Numbered from the stretch's first letter, positions 1 to 10,974 are shown. The stretch is DNA of 64,000 nucleotides from an uncultured Eubacteriales bacterium (GCA_934502885.1 CAKSUT010000010.1:19307-83306); one strand, 5' to 3'. A program made the numbers and translations. The notes: a model not told the origin generated them from the sequence alone.

Positions 1-271
1 GCGATACACGGGTAACACGCCCGTCCTCGAGACTCTTTTCACGAGAGATCATGCCCTTTTCCGCGAGGCGGTTCGCTGTCTTCGTCATCTGCTGCTTCGA
101 TACCTTCATGCGCGCCGCAAGCTCTTTCATCGTCAGCGAACCGTAGTTTTCAAGCAAGCAAAGCGCATTCGTCTGCATAGACGAAAGTCCCGCCTCACCC
201 ATTCCGCTGTTTGCGCCGCGGAAACTGTCGCGAAACGGCTTCATTAACTTCTCGTTTGCGTATACTATCAT
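1..271 (-). CDS. MarR-family transcriptional regulator (N-terminal part; 3' end runs off the window)
   Basis: Not in the ORF track because it is edge-truncated. Reverse-strand translation from the ATG at 271-269 gives MIVYANEKLMKPFRDSFRGANSGMGEAGLSSMQTNALCLLENYGSLTMKELAARMKVSKQQMTKTANRLAEKGMISREKSLEDGRVTRV, a winged-HTH pattern typical of MarR. Confidence 0.7.
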   Translation of the reverse strand, partial: MIVYANEKLMKPFRDSFRGANSGMGEAGLSSMQTNALCLLENYGSLTMKELAARMKVSKQQMTKTANRLAEKGMISREKSLEDGRVTRVS

Positions 272-354
272 CTTGAGTACATCAAGCTCTACCTGTCTCT
301 TTACATCTGCTGTCATTTCTGATTCTCCTCTCTGTTGTTTTTTGCCGGCGTCCT

Positions 355-560
355 GCCCTTTCCGTTGCGAAGCACACTTCACACTTTGCCAAGCACACAT
401 CACGTTTTGCGAAGCACACATCCCACTCGGCTGTCGTTCTCGCTCCGTGGAAAACCGCCAAAAGATAAGCACCGTACAATTATTGAAGAAAAGCGACTTA
501 GGGAGCTTTTCAACACCAATTCTCCATTTTCCACTTTCCATTTTCAATTATTAAAGCTGT
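355..560 (+). repeat. Hairpin-chain repeat array R0 (3'-terminal modules only, forward orientation)
   Basis: Contains GCGAAGCACAC repeats, then CACCGTACAATTATTGAAGAAAAGCG..GCTTTTCAAC, then ATTCTCC/ATTTTCC heptamers. The order matches 58200-58376 and 55640-55816. Confidence 0.7.
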
Positions 561-571
561 TCTTTTCAAAC

Positions 572-602
572 AAAAAAGGGCGTGTTCACCGAAGGCACTC
601 CC
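572..602 (-). terminator. Rho-independent terminator downstream of rplQ
   Basis: On the minus strand GGGAGTG-CCTTCGGTGAA-CACGCCC forms a stem with one mismatch and is followed by TTTTTTG. Confidence 0.6.
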
Positions 603-672
603 GTACCCACGGCAAACACACCCCATTGTGCGTTCACATATTAACTATGTCAACAGTCGAACCGAAAGCGAA

Positions 673-1017
673 TTACTTTACAAGCTCGATTATAGCCATC
701 TCGGCGCCGTCGCCCTTTCTGGGACCGGTCTTGAGAACTCTTGTGTAACCGCCGTTTCTCTCTGCGTAAGCGGGTGCTATTTCGTCAAAAAGCTTCTTGA
801 CAACATCTTCCTTTGTGATGAATGCAAGTGCCTGACGGCGAGAAGCAAGAGTGTTTTTCTTGCCGAGTGTGATCATTTTATCTGCGAGTGCTCTGACTTC
901 CTTTGCTCTGTAAACGGTTGTTTCCATTTTGCCGTTTTCAAGAAGGAAGGTAACAAGTCCTCTGAGCATTGCATTTCTGTGCGCAGTCGGACGACCGAGC
1001 TTTCTTGTTCCTGCCAT
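673..1017 (-). CDS. rplQ: 50S ribosomal protein L17
   Basis: 114-aa ORF starting [21 protein letters not shown]. It is the last gene of the alpha operon, after rpoA. Confidence 0.97.
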   Translation of the reverse strand: MAGTRKLGRPTAHRNAMLRGLVTFLLENGKMETTVYRAKEVRALADKMITLGKKNTLASRRQALAFITKEDVVKKLFDEIAPAYAERNGGYTRVLKTGPRKGDGAEMAIIELVK

Positions 1018-1056
1018 TGGTTTTTCCCTCCTTGTAGTGGTTTGCGAAGAAGTAAA

Positions 1057-2010
1057 TTATTCTTCCGACGACTTGAGCTTGAGTCCCAAATCGTGAAGCT
1101 TCTTGATAACTTCCTCGAGAGATTTCTTTCCGAGGTTTCTGACCTTGATCATATCTTCCTCAGTCTTGTTGACCAAATCCTCAACAGTGTCTATGCCTGC
1201 TCTCTTCAAGCAATTAAAGGAACGAACAGACATGTCAAGCTCCTCAATGGTCATCTCAAGAACTTTTTCCTTAATGGTTTCCTGACGCTCAACCATGATA
1301 TCCGCCTTCTTCGCTTCGTCCGAAAGGTCTACGAAGAGGCTGAGATGTTCATTGAGAATCTTGGCCGCAAGAGATATTGCCTCTTTAGCGGAGATAGTGC
1401 CGTCTGTCTTTACCTCAAGTGTGAGCTTGTCGTAGTCGGTGATGTTGCCGACACGGGTGTTCTCAACGGTGTAGTTGGCGGTATACACGGGTGTGTATAT
1501 CGAATCGGTGTAGATAACGCCGATTACGGGGTTTGCGGCGGCGAGCTTGTTCTTCTCGCTCGATACATAACCTCTGCCGTGACCGAAGGTGAGCTCCATT
1601 CTGAGGGTTTCGCCGTCAGCAACATATGCTATGTGATGATCCTTGTTGAGAATCTCTATATCGGCGTCGCTCTTGATGTCGCCTGCCGTGACTTCGCATT
1701 CGCCGTGCGCCTCGATGGTGACGGTCTTTGTCGTCTCGGCGAAAAGCTTTGCCGTGATACCCTTGATGTTGAGGATTATCTCGGGGACGTCCTCCTTGAC
1801 GCCGGGGGCCGTTGAGATCTCGTGGAGAACTCCGTCGATCTTAACGCTCGTTACCGCAACGCCGGGCAAAGAACTGAGAAGCACTCTGCGAAGCGAGTTG
1901 CCGAGAGTCATGCCGTAGCCTCTCTCAAGAGGCTCGATAACGAACTTGCCCTGCGAACCGTCGGGACTTATCTCCACTGTCGCTATGTTCGGTCTTTCTA
2001 TTTCGATCAT
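1057..2010 (-). CDS. rpoA: DNA-directed RNA polymerase subunit alpha
   Basis: 317-aa ORF starting MIEIERPNI, with [20 protein letters not shown] and a C-terminal [13 protein letters not shown] HhH domain. Confidence 0.97.
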   Translation of the reverse strand: MIEIERPNIATVEISPDGSQGKFVIEPLERGYGMTLGNSLRRVLLSSLPGVAVTSVKIDGVLHEISTAPGVKEDVPEIILNIKGITAKLFAETTKTVTIEAHGECEVTAGDIKSDADIEILNKDHHIAYVADGETLRMELTFGHGRGYVSSEKNKLAAANPVIGVIYTDSIYTPVYTANYTVENTRVGNITDYDKLTLEVKTDGTISAKEAISLAAKILNEHLSLFVDLSDEAKKADIMVERQETIKEKVLEMTIEELDMSVRSFNCLKRAGIDTVEDLVNKTEEDMIKVRNLGKKSLEEVIKKLHDLGLKLKSSEE

Positions 2011-2158
2011 TTAACAAAAACCCTCCTTGCACTGTACCGCCGTCACGAAGCGAAAAGGCTCTGTGACAAATGACGGTATGAATATTCTTCTTGCTGTGTA
2101 TGCCCATTCCGACGGTCGTACCCGTAAGCATCCCGCACGGAATGCGGCGAGGATTTTC

Positions 2159-2791
2159 TTACTTGGAGTACAACTCGACGATGAGGTGTTCCTCGATCGG
2201 GAAGTCGATGTCCTCTCTCTTGGGGAGAGTGTTTACGGTAGCCGTAACGTTTTCCTTATCGACGGTGAGCCAAGCGGGAGCCTGTCTGTTGGAGAGGTTC
2301 TCAACGAGAGTCTTGAACTTCTCGGACTTCTTGCTTGTGTCCTTTACGGTAACAACGTCGCCTGCGTTAAGAATGATCGAGGGGATGTCGGCCTTCTTGC
2401 CGTTTACGAGGAAGTGACCGTGAACAACAAGCTGTCTTGCGTCGCGTCTGCTTTCGCCCATACCCATTCTGTATACGACATTGTCAAGGCGGCGCTCGAT
2501 GAGAGTGAGGAGGTTTTCACCGGTCATACCCTCTTTTGCGTCTGCCTTCTTGAAGTAGTTCGCAAACTGCTTCTCCTGGATGCCGTAGTATCTCTTTGCC
2601 TTCTGCTTTTCACGGAGCTGGAGTCCGTATTCGCTTATCTTCTTGCGAGCCGCACCGTGCTGACCGGGAGTCTTCTGCTCTCCGCGTCTTGCAATTGCGC
2701 ACTTGGAAGTGAAGCAACGGTCGCCCTTACCAAAAAGCTTTTCGCCTTCTCTGCGGCAGAGTCTGCACGCAGGGCCTGTATATTTAGCCAT
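2159..2791 (-). CDS. rpsD: 30S ribosomal protein S4
   Basis: 210-aa ORF starting [20 protein letters not shown], with [10 protein letters not shown]. Confidence 0.97.
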   Translation of the reverse strand: MAKYTGPACRLCRREGEKLFGKGDRCFTSKCAIARRGEQKTPGQHGAARKKISEYGLQLREKQKAKRYYGIQEKQFANYFKKADAKEGMTGENLLTLIERRLDNVVYRMGMGESRRDARQLVVHGHFLVNGKKADIPSIILNAGDVVTVKDTSKKSEKFKTLVENLSNRQAPAWLTVDKENVTATVNTLPKREDIDFPIEEHLIVELYSK

Positions 2792-2838
2792 TTTCGTATC
2801 CTCCTTTTATGGTTTACAATGTAACAGTCTCTCCGGGA

Positions 2839-3240
2839 TCAAACGCGTCTTCTCTTGGGAGGACGGCAGCCGTTGTGCGGGATAGGTGTTACATCCTTGA
2901 TGAGGGTGATGTCAAGACCTGCGGTCTGGAGAGCTCTTATTGCGGATTCTCTGCCCTGACCGGGACCCTTAACGAATACCTCAACGGACTTGAGTCCGTG
3001 TTCCATAGCTGCCTTTGCCGCCGTTTCGGCTGCTGTCTGTGCAGCGTAGGGAGTGGATTTTCTTGAGCCTCTGAAGCCCATTTCGCCGGCGGACGCCCAT
3101 GCGAGGGTGTTGCCGTTTACGTCTGTAAGTGTAACTATAGTGTTGTTAAAGGACGACAGGATGTGAGCCGAACCCTTTTCAATGTTCTTACGCTCACGAC
3201 GTCTCTTTGTAGCTACTTTCTTTACTCCTGCTTTAGCCAT
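2839..3240 (-). CDS. rpsK: 30S ribosomal protein S11
   Basis: 133-aa ORF with [18 protein letters not shown] and [18 protein letters not shown]. Confidence 0.97.
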   Translation of the reverse strand: MAKAGVKKVATKRRRERKNIEKGSAHILSSFNNTIVTLTDVNGNTLAWASAGEMGFRGSRKSTPYAAQTAAETAAKAAMEHGLKSVEVFVKGPGQGRESAIRALQTAGLDITLIKDVTPIPHNGCRPPKRRRV

Positions 3241-3262
3241 TGACGTTAGTCACTCCTTCCGA

Positions 3263-3631
3263 TTACTTCTTCTTGTTCGCGATGGTCTTTGCCGGACCCT
3301 TGCGAGTTCTTGCGTTGGTCTTGGAACGCTGACCTCTTACGGGAAGACCCTTACGGTGTCTCTGTCCTCTGTAGCAGTCAATTTCTACAAGACGCTTGAT
3401 GTTGAGAGCGATTTCTCTTCTGAGGTCGCCTTCAACGGTATATTCGTGTTCGATTGCTTCACGAAGCTTTGCTACGTCGTCCTCTGTAAGATCCTTAACT
3501 CTTGTGTCGGGGTTGATACCGGTCTTCTTAAGAACCTCATTGGAACGTGTGCGGCCGATTCCGAAAACGTATGTCAAGCCTATCTCGACACGCTTCTCTC
3601 TCGGAAGATCTACACCTGCTATACGAGCCAT
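3263..3631 (-). CDS. rpsM: 30S ribosomal protein S13
   Basis: 122-aa ORF starting [21 protein letters not shown]. Confidence 0.97.
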   Translation of the reverse strand: MARIAGVDLPREKRVEIGLTYVFGIGRTRSNEVLKKTGINPDTRVKDLTEDDVAKLREAIEHEYTVEGDLRREIALNIKRLVEIDCYRGQRHRKGLPVRGQRSKTNARTRKGPAKTIANKKK

Positions 3632-3663
3632 TTATAATGCACCTCTTTCCGTAATAATGGGGC

Positions 3664-3777
3664 TTAGCCCTGCTTTTGCTTATGCTTGGGGTTTTCGCAG
3701 ATAACCATAACCTTGCCGTGTCTCTTGATTATCTTGCACTTCTCGCATATTTTCTTTACTGAAGGCTTAACTTTCAT
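3664..3777 (-). CDS. rpmJ: 50S ribosomal protein L36 (Zn-binding type)
   Basis: Below the ORF-track size cut-off. My translation is [37 protein letters not shown] (37 aa), between infA and rpsM. Confidence 0.9.
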   Translation of the reverse strand: MKVKPSVKKICEKCKIIKRHGKVMVICENPKHKQKQG

Positions 3778-3812
3778 TTACATATACCTCCTGTTCTTGT
3801 CGGCGAAATACC

Positions 3813-4031
3813 TTACTTCGCCCTCCATGTGATTCTGCCCTTTGTGAGGTCGTAGACGGAAACGTCAACCTTGACCTTGTCTCCGGGGAGAATCTTGATA
3901 AAATTCATACGAAGCTTTCCTGAGATGTGAGCGGTTATTACGTGCTCGTTGGAAAGCTTTACTTTAAAGGTTGCGTTTGGCAGAGCTTCAAGTACGATGC
4001 CCTCAAACTCAATAACGTCATCCTTTGCCAG
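3813..4031 (-). CDS. infA: Translation initiation factor IF-1 (apparent CTG start)
   Basis: My translation is (M)[71 protein letters not shown] (72 aa). No in-frame ATG, GTG or TTG follows the upstream TGA. GGAGG lies 7 nt upstream of the CTG. Confidence 0.88.
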   Translation of the reverse strand: MAKDDVIEFEGIVLEALPNATFKVKLSNEHVITAHISGKLRMNFIKILPGDKVKVDVSVYDLTKGRITWRAK

Positions 4032-4064
4032 AACAATCCCTCCAAATCAAATTACACGGTGTGT

Positions 4065-4814
4065 TTAATCGAGCTTTGTGAGTATCACGGGACCGTCCGC
4101 CGTTATTGCGACGGTGTTCTCGTAGTGAGCGGAAAGTCCGCCGTCGAGGGTCTTGACCGTCCATTCGTCGTCAAGCACCTTCACCTTTTCCGTGCCCGTG
4201 TTTATCATAGGCTCAATGGCGATTACCATTCCCTCGCACAGGCGGACGCCTCTGCCGGCTCTGCCGTAGTTGGGGACGTCGGGATCCTCGTGGAGTGCGT
4301 GACCCACGCCGTGACCGACGTATTCGCGCACTATCGAAAATCCGTAGGAAGTGACGACCTCTTCTATTGCCGCGGAGATATCTCCTATGCGGTTGCCGGG
4401 AACAGCCTTAGCCATGCCGGCATAGAAGCCTTCACGCGCCGCTTTTTCAAGAAGCACCGCTTCGTCGCTTACCTTGCCGCAGAAGAAGGTTCTCGCACTG
4501 TCGCCGTGCCAGCCGTCGAAGTAAGCTCCGACGTCCACGCTCACGATGTCGCCCTCTTTGTAGGGTGTGTGATCGGGAATGCCGTGGATAACCGTGTCGT
4601 TCACCGAGATGCACGCGCTTCCGGGGAAGCCGCCGTAGCCCAAGAACGAGGGTCTCGCACCGTGACTTTCGATGTATCTTCTCACTGCCGCGTCGGTTTG
4701 CAGCGGCGTTGCGCCGGGACGGATGTGTTCACGTGCCGCTTCGAGAGCTCCTGCCGTTATCCGTCCGGCTGCCTTCATTTTTTCAATGTTTTCACTTGAC
4801 TTAAGCTTTATCAT
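4065..4814 (-). CDS. map: Type I methionine aminopeptidase
   Basis: 249-aa ORF with GICHGIP-like VIHGIP, DIVSVDVGA, VGHGVG and HYENTV motifs. It sits in the canonical position between adk and infA. Confidence 0.95.
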   Translation of the reverse strand: MIKLKSSENIEKMKAAGRITAGALEAAREHIRPGATPLQTDAAVRRYIESHGARPSFLGYGGFPGSACISVNDTVIHGIPDHTPYKEGDIVSVDVGAYFDGWHGDSARTFFCGKVSDEAVLLEKAAREGFYAGMAKAVPGNRIGDISAAIEEVVTSYGFSIVREYVGHGVGHALHEDPDVPNYGRAGRGVRLCEGMVIAIEPMINTGTEKVKVLDDEWTVKTLDGGLSAHYENTVAITADGPVILTKLD

Positions 4815-4826
4815 ACCGTGTGCCTT

Positions 4827-5465
4827 TCAATCGGAAACGCCTAATGCCGCAAGAGTAAGCTTCGTGGTGTCGGCAAGCTCCTCCTGACCGACGACCGTCT
4901 TGAGAATACCCTTCTTGGCATAGAAATCTCTCAAAGGCTCTGTTTCGGAATGGTAGGTATCGAGACGCGACTTCACAACCTCGGGAGCGTCGTCCTTGCG
5001 TGTTGTGAGAGCTTCGCCGCAGATATCGCATATGCCTTCCTTTTTGGGAGCCTTATACACGATGTGGTATGTAGCTCCGCATTTGGTGCAGGTGCGTCTG
5101 CCGCTCATTCTCTTGATTATCTTTTCGTCGGGAACCTCAAGCTCCAGAACAATGTCGATTGCAACTCCCATACGGTCGAGTGCCTCGGCCTGAGGGACTG
5201 TTCTGGGAAAACCGTCGAGGATAAAACCGTTTTTGCAGTCGTCCTCTGCGATTCTCTCGCGGATAATGCCGATGACAACCTCGTCGGGGACAAGCTCGCC
5301 CTTTTCGATTTTGTCCTTAGCGGCAATACCCATGGGTGTGCCGTCCTTGACGGCTTTTCTTATGATTGCGCCGGTAGACACGGCGGGAATGCCGAGCTTT
5401 TCGCTGACTATCTCCGCCTGAGTACCTTTACCTGCGCCGGGTGCTCCAAAAAATACAAGCTTCAT
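4827..5465 (-). CDS. adk: Adenylate kinase (Zn-lid type)
   Basis: 212-aa ORF with a GAPGAGKGTQ P-loop and a CTKCG..CDICG lid. Confidence 0.97.
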   Translation of the reverse strand: MKLVFFGAPGAGKGTQAEIVSEKLGIPAVSTGAIIRKAVKDGTPMGIAAKDKIEKGELVPDEVVIGIIRERIAEDDCKNGFILDGFPRTVPQAEALDRMGVAIDIVLELEVPDEKIIKRMSGRRTCTKCGATYHIVYKAPKKEGICDICGEALTTRKDDAPEVVKSRLDTYHSETEPLRDFYAKKGILKTVVGQEELADTTKLTLAALGVSD

Positions 5466-5490
5466 GTTTAGTTCCTTTCAGTTACCGTTA

Positions 5491-6786
5491 TCAGTCAAGA
5501 AAGCCCTTATAGTGACGCATTGTGAGTTTGGAGTCGATCTCCTGAACGACCTCGAGGATTACGCCTACAACGATGATTGTGGACGAACCGCTGAAGGTAA
5601 GGACACCGAAGTTCGGGTTGATCGCGGATACTGCGATAGGAAGCACTGCGATAACGCCGAGGATAAGCGAACCGATAAGAGTTACTCTGTTGAGTATCTT
5701 AACGATGTAATCCGTTGTGGGCTTGCCGGGGCGGATACCGGGGATAACGCCGCCGTTAGCCTTAAGGTTGTTGGAAACCTCGATCGGGTTGAACGAGATT
5801 GCAACATAGAAGAAAGCGAACGCAACGATGAGTATGAACATCAATACCGCATAGAACACTCTGTTTGTTACGAAGTTGTAGAAGCCCGTTTGCTGGAAGT
5901 TCGGAACGAACATTGCGATTGTCTGCGGAAGAGTTACGATAGAGCTTGCGAAGATGATAGGCATAACGCCTGTCATGTTGAGCTTTATCGGAAGATGCGT
6001 GCTGTGTCCGCCGTAGAGTTTTCTGCCGACCTGACGCTTAGCGTACTGAACGGGAATTCTTCTTTCGGAATCCGTGAGGAAGATAACCGCATATACGATA
6101 GCGAGAGCGATTACGGCGAGAATAATAAGAGCGAAGATGCCGATAACCTCGTAGCCCTGACCGAACGCGGAGAGAATCTGCGGAACGAGGCTTGCAAGGA
6201 TGTTGGTAAGAAGTATAATGGAAATACCGTTGCCGATACCGTGGTCGTTTATCTTTTCACCGAGCCACATGATGAGCGACGCACCTGCGCAGTAGCAAGC
6301 GATTATAACGATTGCCGGGAAGAAGCCCTTGCCTGCGTCTGTGAGGAAGCCCGTGCCGCCGGTGAAGTTCTGACCGTATCTCAGGTAGGTGTAGTAACCG
6401 TAAGCCGTGAGAAGGGAGAGAGCGACGGTTGTGTATCTTGTGATCTGGGTGAGCTTCTTTCTGCCTTCTTCGCCCTGCTTTGCGAGGTTTTCAAGGGGAG
6501 GAAGTGCAACTGTGAGAAGCTGGATAACGATGGATGCGGTGATGTAGGGTGAAATGGAGAGCGCAAAGAGCGTTGCTCTCGAGAATGCGTCACCCGAAAG
6601 AAGGTTGAAGTACTGGAACATTGACTGAGAACCGAGCTGGGAGAAGGTCTGAGCCAAAGCAGCTCCGTCAACATAAGGAATCGGGATCTGCGCACCTATG
6701 CGGTAAAGCACAATGATGAAAATGGTGAAGAGCATACCCTTTCTGAGTTCAGCGTCTTTCCATGCGTTCTTCAATGACTGCAGCAC
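5491..6786 (-). CDS. secY: Preprotein translocase subunit SecY
   Basis: 431-aa polytopic membrane ORF located between rplO and adk. Confidence 0.97.
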   Translation of the reverse strand: MLQSLKNAWKDAELRKGMLFTIFIIVLYRIGAQIPIPYVDGAALAQTFSQLGSQSMFQYFNLLSGDAFSRATLFALSISPYITASIVIQLLTVALPPLENLAKQGEEGRKKLTQITRYTTVALSLLTAYGYYTYLRYGQNFTGGTGFLTDAGKGFFPAIVIIACYCAGASLIMWLGEKINDHGIGNGISIILLTNILASLVPQILSAFGQGYEVIGIFALIILAVIALAIVYAVIFLTDSERRIPVQYAKRQVGRKLYGGHSTHLPIKLNMTGVMPIIFASSIVTLPQTIAMFVPNFQQTGFYNFVTNRVFYAVLMFILIVAFAFFYVAISFNPIEVSNNLKANGGVIPGIRPGKPTTDYIVKILNRVTLIGSLILGVIAVLPIAVSAINPNFGVLTFSGSSTIIVVGVILEVVQEIDSKLTMRHYKGFLD

Positions 6787-6787
6787 T

Positions 6788-7231
6788 TCAAATCACCTCT
6801 GCCTTTCCGCCTGCGGCTTCGATTTTCTCCTTGGCAGCTGCCGAGAAGACAGTCGCTTGCACGGTAAGCTTCTTGGTGATTTCGCCGTTGCCGAGAATCT
6901 TTATACCGTCGCCGATCTTCTTTACGAGACCTGCCGCAACGAGTGCCTCAGCGTTTACGACCGCGCCTGCCTCGAACTTATCGAGTGCGGAAACGTTGAC
7001 TATCGCATACTCCTTCTTGAACATATCGTTTGTGAAGCCTCTCTTGGGGAGTCTTCTGTAAAGCGGAATCTGACCGCCTTCAAAGCCGGGACGTACACCG
7101 CCGCCGCTTCTTGCGTTTTGACCTTTGTGACCTCTGCCGCCTGTCTTACCGTTGCCGGAGCCGGGACCTCTGCCCTTTCTCCAAGCCTTTTCCGAAGAAC
7201 CTGCAGCGGGTGAAAGCTCATGAAGTTTCAT
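6788..7231 (-). CDS. rplO: 50S ribosomal protein L15
   Basis: 147-aa ORF starting [12 protein letters not shown], with [23 protein letters not shown]. Confidence 0.97.
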   Translation of the reverse strand: MKLHELSPAAGSSEKAWRKGRGPGSGNGKTGGRGHKGQNARSGGGVRPGFEGGQIPLYRRLPKRGFTNDMFKKEYAIVNVSALDKFEAGAVVNAEALVAAGLVKKIGDGIKILGNGEITKKLTVQATVFSAAAKEKIEAAGGKAEVI

Positions 7232-7233
7232 GA

Positions 7234-7413
7234 TTATACCTCCTCTGCTTCTATCAAATAGGTGATAGCCTTGATCTTGCCCTCTGTTGCTTCGTTCTTG
7301 GGCTGAACGGTGACATCACCGATCTTGCGAAGTCCCAAGGAATTCGCAGTTGCTATATGACCCTTATTGCGGCCTATAAGGCTCTTTACAAGAGTAATCT
7401 TAACCTGTGCCAT
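7234..7413 (-). CDS. rpmD: 50S ribosomal protein L30
   Basis: Below the ORF-track cut-off. My translation is [59 protein letters not shown] (59 aa). Confidence 0.9.
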   Translation of the reverse strand: MAQVKITLVKSLIGRNKGHIATANSLGLRKIGDVTVQPKNEATEGKIKAITYLIEAEEV

Positions 7414-7431
7414 TATCTGCGACCTCCTTTA

Positions 7432-7935
7432 TTACTTTCTCATATCTTCAACGGCCTTGCCTCTGATCTTTGCGACCTCTTCTGCGCTTCTGAGCGCGCG
7501 GAGACCCTCAAAGGTAGCCTTGACGACGTTGATCTTGTTGTTCGAGCGAAGGCTCTTTGCACGGATATCTCTGATACCTGCAAGGTCGAGTACCGCACGA
7601 ACCGTACCGCCGGCGATGACACCGGTACCTTCGGGAGCGGGCTTGAGGAGAACTCTTGCCGCACCGAACTCGCCGATGATTTCGTGAGGAATGGAAGTTC
7701 CCTTGAGGGAAACCTCGATCATGTTCTTCTTTGCGTCCTCGATTGCCTTTCTGATTGCTTCGGGAACTTCGGCAGACTTGCCGAGACCGTAGCCGACGTG
7801 ACCGTTCTGGTCGCCGACGACAACTACTGCCGCAAAGCGCATGATACGACCGCCCTTAACGGTCTTGGAAACTCGTCTTGTGACAACGACTGTTTCTTTA
7901 AGATCAAGTGTTGCGGGATCTATATTGAAAGCCAT
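7432..7935 (-). CDS. rpsE: 30S ribosomal protein S5
   Basis: 167-aa ORF with [25 protein letters not shown]. Confidence 0.97.
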   Translation of the reverse strand: MAFNIDPATLDLKETVVVTRRVSKTVKGGRIMRFAAVVVVGDQNGHVGYGLGKSAEVPEAIRKAIEDAKKNMIEVSLKGTSIPHEIIGEFGAARVLLKPAPEGTGVIAGGTVRAVLDLAGIRDIRAKSLRSNNKINVVKATFEGLRALRSAEEVAKIRGKAVEDMRK

Positions 7936-7950
7936 TTGTTTATCCTCCTC

Positions 7951-8310
7951 TTAGAATTTCAAGCCGGCTTCGTGAGCACCCTCTGCGAGAGCCTTTACAC
8001 GACCGTGGTAGAGATAACCGCCTCTGTCAAATACGACTTCGGTGATTCCCTTATCGATAGCGCGCTTAGCTGCGAGCGCGCCGACCTTCTTTGCGTCTTC
8101 GATATTGCCGCCGGCTACACCGAATTCCTTCTCGGTGGAGGAAGCACTTGCAAGTGTCTTTCCGCAGGTGTCGTCGATTATCTGTGCGTAAATGTTGTTC
8201 AGCGAGCGGTAAACGCAGAGGCGGGGTCTTGCTGCCGTGCCGGATACCTTGGCGCGAACTCTCTTATGTCTCTTTAAACGCTTGAGATTGCTGTCTTCTC
8301 TTGATACCAT
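7951..8310 (-). CDS. rplR: 50S ribosomal protein L18
   Basis: 119-aa ORF with [20 protein letters not shown] and [26 protein letters not shown]. Confidence 0.97.
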   Translation of the reverse strand: MVSREDSNLKRLKRHKRVRAKVSGTAARPRLCVYRSLNNIYAQIIDDTCGKTLASASSTEKEFGVAGGNIEDAKKVGALAAKRAIDKGITEVVFDRGGYLYHGRVKALAEGAHEAGLKF

Positions 8311-8332
8311 AATTTTGCACTCCCCTTCCTAA

Positions 8333-8869
8333 TTATTTACCGGCCTTGCCGGACTTACGTCTGATGTGTTCGTCAACATACTTGATACCCTTGCCGAGGT
8401 ACGGTTCCGGAGGTCTCTTGCCTCTGAGTTCGGAAGCGACCTGACCGACTCTCTGCTTGTCGGGTCCCGATACGATGACCTTGTTTGCGTCGGGTACGTC
8501 GAAGGTGATGCCGGGTTCCTCTTCCATAATCACCTTATGGGAGTAACCGAGATCCATAACGAGCTGCTTGCCCTGCTTCTGCGCACGGTAGCCGACGCCG
8601 TTGATCTCAAGCTCCTTCTTGTAGCCCTCGGTAACGCCCGTTACCATGTTGGCTATAAGGCTTCTTGTGAGACCGTGAAGAGCCTTGTGTCTCTTCTCTT
8701 CGCTGGGTCTCTCGACGATAATGTGGCCGTTCTCGACCTTGATTATCATCTCGTGGTTGAACTCCTGTGTGAGTGTGCCCTTAGGACCCTTTACGGTGAG
8801 GACAGCTCCGTCGAGCTTTACGTCAACGCCTGCGGGGATTGCAACGGGCATTCTGCCTATTCTTGACAT
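8333..8869 (-). CDS. rplF: 50S ribosomal protein L6
   Basis: The ORF-track frame is 8333..8911. The likely start is the internal MSRIGRMPVAIPAGV at 8869, which follows an RBS. Confidence 0.95.
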   Translation of the reverse strand: MSRIGRMPVAIPAGVDVKLDGAVLTVKGPKGTLTQEFNHEMIIKVENGHIIVERPSEEKRHKALHGLTRSLIANMVTGVTEGYKKELEINGVGYRAQKQGKQLVMDLGYSHKVIMEEEPGITFDVPDANKVIVSGPDKQRVGQVASELRGKRPPEPYLGKGIKYVDEHIRRKSGKAGK

Positions 8870-8999
8870 AATGTTTCTCCTTTTATATTTATTGCGGTCT
8901 TGCCGCTGCACGCCTTTTCTGTCAATTCCGACGTGCCTTGCCCAAACGCACCGAAAGTCTCAAAGCTCGGTGCAGGCGGAAGGTGAACCGGTTAACCGA

Positions 9000-9398
9000 T
9001 TACCAAACGAACGCAAGTACTTCGCCGCCGATGTGTGCGCGTCTTGCCTTCTTGTCTGTCATGATACCCTTGGATGTGGAGATGATAGCGATACCGAGAC
9101 CCTTCATTACCACAGGCATATCCTCGCAGTTTGTGTAGATACGAAGACCGGGCTTGGAAACACGGCGAAGACCCTGGATTACCTTGGACTTGCCGGGACC
9201 GTACTTGAGAATTATTCTGATGATTCCCTGCTTACCGTCTTCGATTATCTGAAAATCGCTGATATATCCTTCTTCCTTGAGGATGTCGGCAATTGCCTTC
9301 TTTACTCCGGACGCAGGAATATCAACAGTTTCGTGCTTGGACGAGTTAGCATTGCGGATACGAGTGAGCATATCTGCTATAACGTCTGTTATCTGCAT
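9000..9398 (-). CDS. rpsH: 30S ribosomal protein S8
   Basis: 132-aa ORF starting [18 protein letters not shown]. Confidence 0.97.
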   Translation of the reverse strand: MQITDVIADMLTRIRNANSSKHETVDIPASGVKKAIADILKEEGYISDFQIIEDGKQGIIRIILKYGPGKSKVIQGLRRVSKPGLRIYTNCEDMPVVMKGLGIAIISTSKGIMTDKKARRAHIGGEVLAFVW

Positions 9399-9446
9399 GA
9401 AATGTGACCTCCTTGATGAGTTTTTTTAGTCTTCTGCAAACTTCGC

Positions 9447-9632
9447 TTACCAGCTTGCCTTTCTTACGCCGGGAATCTCACCCTTGTAAGCAAGGTTTCT
9501 GAAGCAGATACGGCAGATGCCGTACTTTCTCAGATAAGCATGGGGGCGGCCGCAGATCTTGCATCTGTTATATTCGCGAGTGGAGAACTTCTGCTCTCTC
9601 TGCTGCTTTAAAATCATAGCCTTCTTTGCCAT
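9447..9632 (-). CDS. rpsN: 30S ribosomal protein S14, type Z (Zn-binding, 61 aa)
   Basis: Starts [45 protein letters not shown], which includes CxxC...CxxC. Confidence 0.96.
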   Translation of the reverse strand: MAKKAMILKQQREQKFSTREYNRCKICGRPHAYLRKYGICRICFRNLAYKGEIPGVRKASW

Positions 9633-9650
9633 CTTGTTTCTCCCCCTTTA

Positions 9651-10190
9651 TTACTTTGCGAACGGAGCGCCCATGAGAGTAAGAAGCTCTCTTGCCTGCT
9701 CGTCGTTTGTTGCCGTCGTTACGAAAACAATGTCCATACCGCGGATCTTGTCTATCTTGTCGTACTCGATTTCAGGGAATATAAGCTGCTCCTTGAGTCC
9801 GAGGGAGTAGTTGCCTCTGCCGTCGAACGCATCGGGGTTTATACCCTTGAAGTCACGTACTCTGGGGAGTGCGAGGTTGAAGAGTCTGTCCATGAACTCA
9901 TACATTCTCTCGCCTCTGAGAGTTACCTTTGCACCGATCTTCATGCCCTGGCGGAGCTTGAAGTTTGCAACGGACTTCTTTGCTACGGTCGCAACCGCCT
10001 TCTGTCCGGTGATGATGCCGAGGTCGTTTATGATGTTGTCGATAACCTTGGAGTTATCCTTTGCCTCGCCGGCGCCCACGTTTACGACGATCTTGTCGAT
10101 CTTCGGGATCTGCATGGGGCTCTTGAACTCGAACTTCTTCATGAGAGCGGGGGCAACATCGTTCTTGTAAATTTCACCAAGTCTTGACAT
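9651..10190 (-). CDS. rplE: 50S ribosomal protein L5
   Basis: 179-aa ORF starting [12 protein letters not shown], in the canonical spc-operon position. Confidence 0.97.
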   Translation of the reverse strand: MSRLGEIYKNDVAPALMKKFEFKSPMQIPKIDKIVVNVGAGEAKDNSKVIDNIINDLGIITGQKAVATVAKKSVANFKLRQGMKIGAKVTLRGERMYEFMDRLFNLALPRVRDFKGINPDAFDGRGNYSLGLKEQLIFPEIEYDKIDKIRGMDIVFVTTATNDEQARELLTLMGAPFAK

Positions 10191-10210
10191 TTTTCGTTAC
10201 CTCCCTGTCA

Positions 10211-10552
10211 TTAAAGCTCTTCGCCGCATTTGGTGCAAACACGGATCTTTTTGCCGTTATCGAGGATCTTGTGACCGATCTTAACGCCCTTGTCGCACTT
10301 CGGGCAAACGATCATAGCCTTGCACGCATAGAATGCGCCTTCAGCCTCGATAATGCCGCCTGTCTCGCCCTGTCTTCTGGGCTTAACGTGCTTCTTTACC
10401 ATGTTTACGCCTTCAACGATTATCTTGCCTTCTCCGGGGGCAACCTCAAGAACCTTGCCCTTCTTGCCCTTATCGTCGCCGGAGATTATTACTACTGTGT
10501 CGTCCTTGCGAACGTGTACCTTCTTCTCGTATTTTGTCAATATCTTAGCCAT
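10211..10552 (-). CDS. rplX: 50S ribosomal protein L24 (with C-terminal CxxC..CxxC)
   Basis: 113-aa ORF with the KOW motif VRKDDTVVIISGDDKGKKGKVL and a CPKC..CTKC tail. Confidence 0.96.
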   Translation of the reverse strand: MAKILTKYEKKVHVRKDDTVVIISGDDKGKKGKVLEVAPGEGKIIVEGVNMVKKHVKPRRQGETGGIIEAEGAFYACKAMIVCPKCDKGVKIGHKILDNGKKIRVCTKCGEEL

Positions 10553-10567
10553 CGTTAAGCTCCCTTC

Positions 10568-10936
10568 TTAAAGTACTTCCGGAGCCAAGGAAAGTATCTT
10601 GAGATAGTTCTTTTCGCGAAGCTCACGAGCTATCGGTCCAAAGATACGGGTTCCTCTCGGGTTCTGATCGTCTTTTATGATTACGGCTGCGTTTTCATCA
10701 AACTTGATGTAGCTGCCGTCCGCACGGCGAAGGCTCTGAACCGTTCTTACGACTACTGCCTTAACTACGTCACCCTTCTTTACAACTCCGCCGGGTGTTG
10801 CCTTTTTGACAGTTGCCACTACTACGTCGCCTATTCTGGCGTATCTTCTGCCTGTTCCGCCGAGCACACGTATGCACATTAACTCTTTGGCGCCGGTGTT
10901 ATCGGCAACCTTCATATATGACTGCTGCTGAAGCAT
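10568..10936 (-). CDS. rplN: 50S ribosomal protein L14
   Basis: 122-aa ORF starting [27 protein letters not shown]. Confidence 0.97.
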   Translation of the reverse strand: MLQQQSYMKVADNTGAKELMCIRVLGGTGRRYARIGDVVVATVKKATPGGVVKKGDVVKAVVVRTVQSLRRADGSYIKFDENAAVIIKDDQNPRGTRIFGPIARELREKNYLKILSLAPEVL

Positions 10937-10974
10937 TGTGTGTCCTCCTTACGTATTCCGTTTCTTTCGGCTTA

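Noticed and set aside
10211-10552. The L24 CPKC..CTKC zinc-ribbon-like tail as a novelty.
   Set aside because: The same CxxC-N17-CxxC arrangement is known in Thermus thermophilus L24. Together with Zn-type S14 and L36 here, it simply indicates the Zn-binding (C+) ribosomal protein set.
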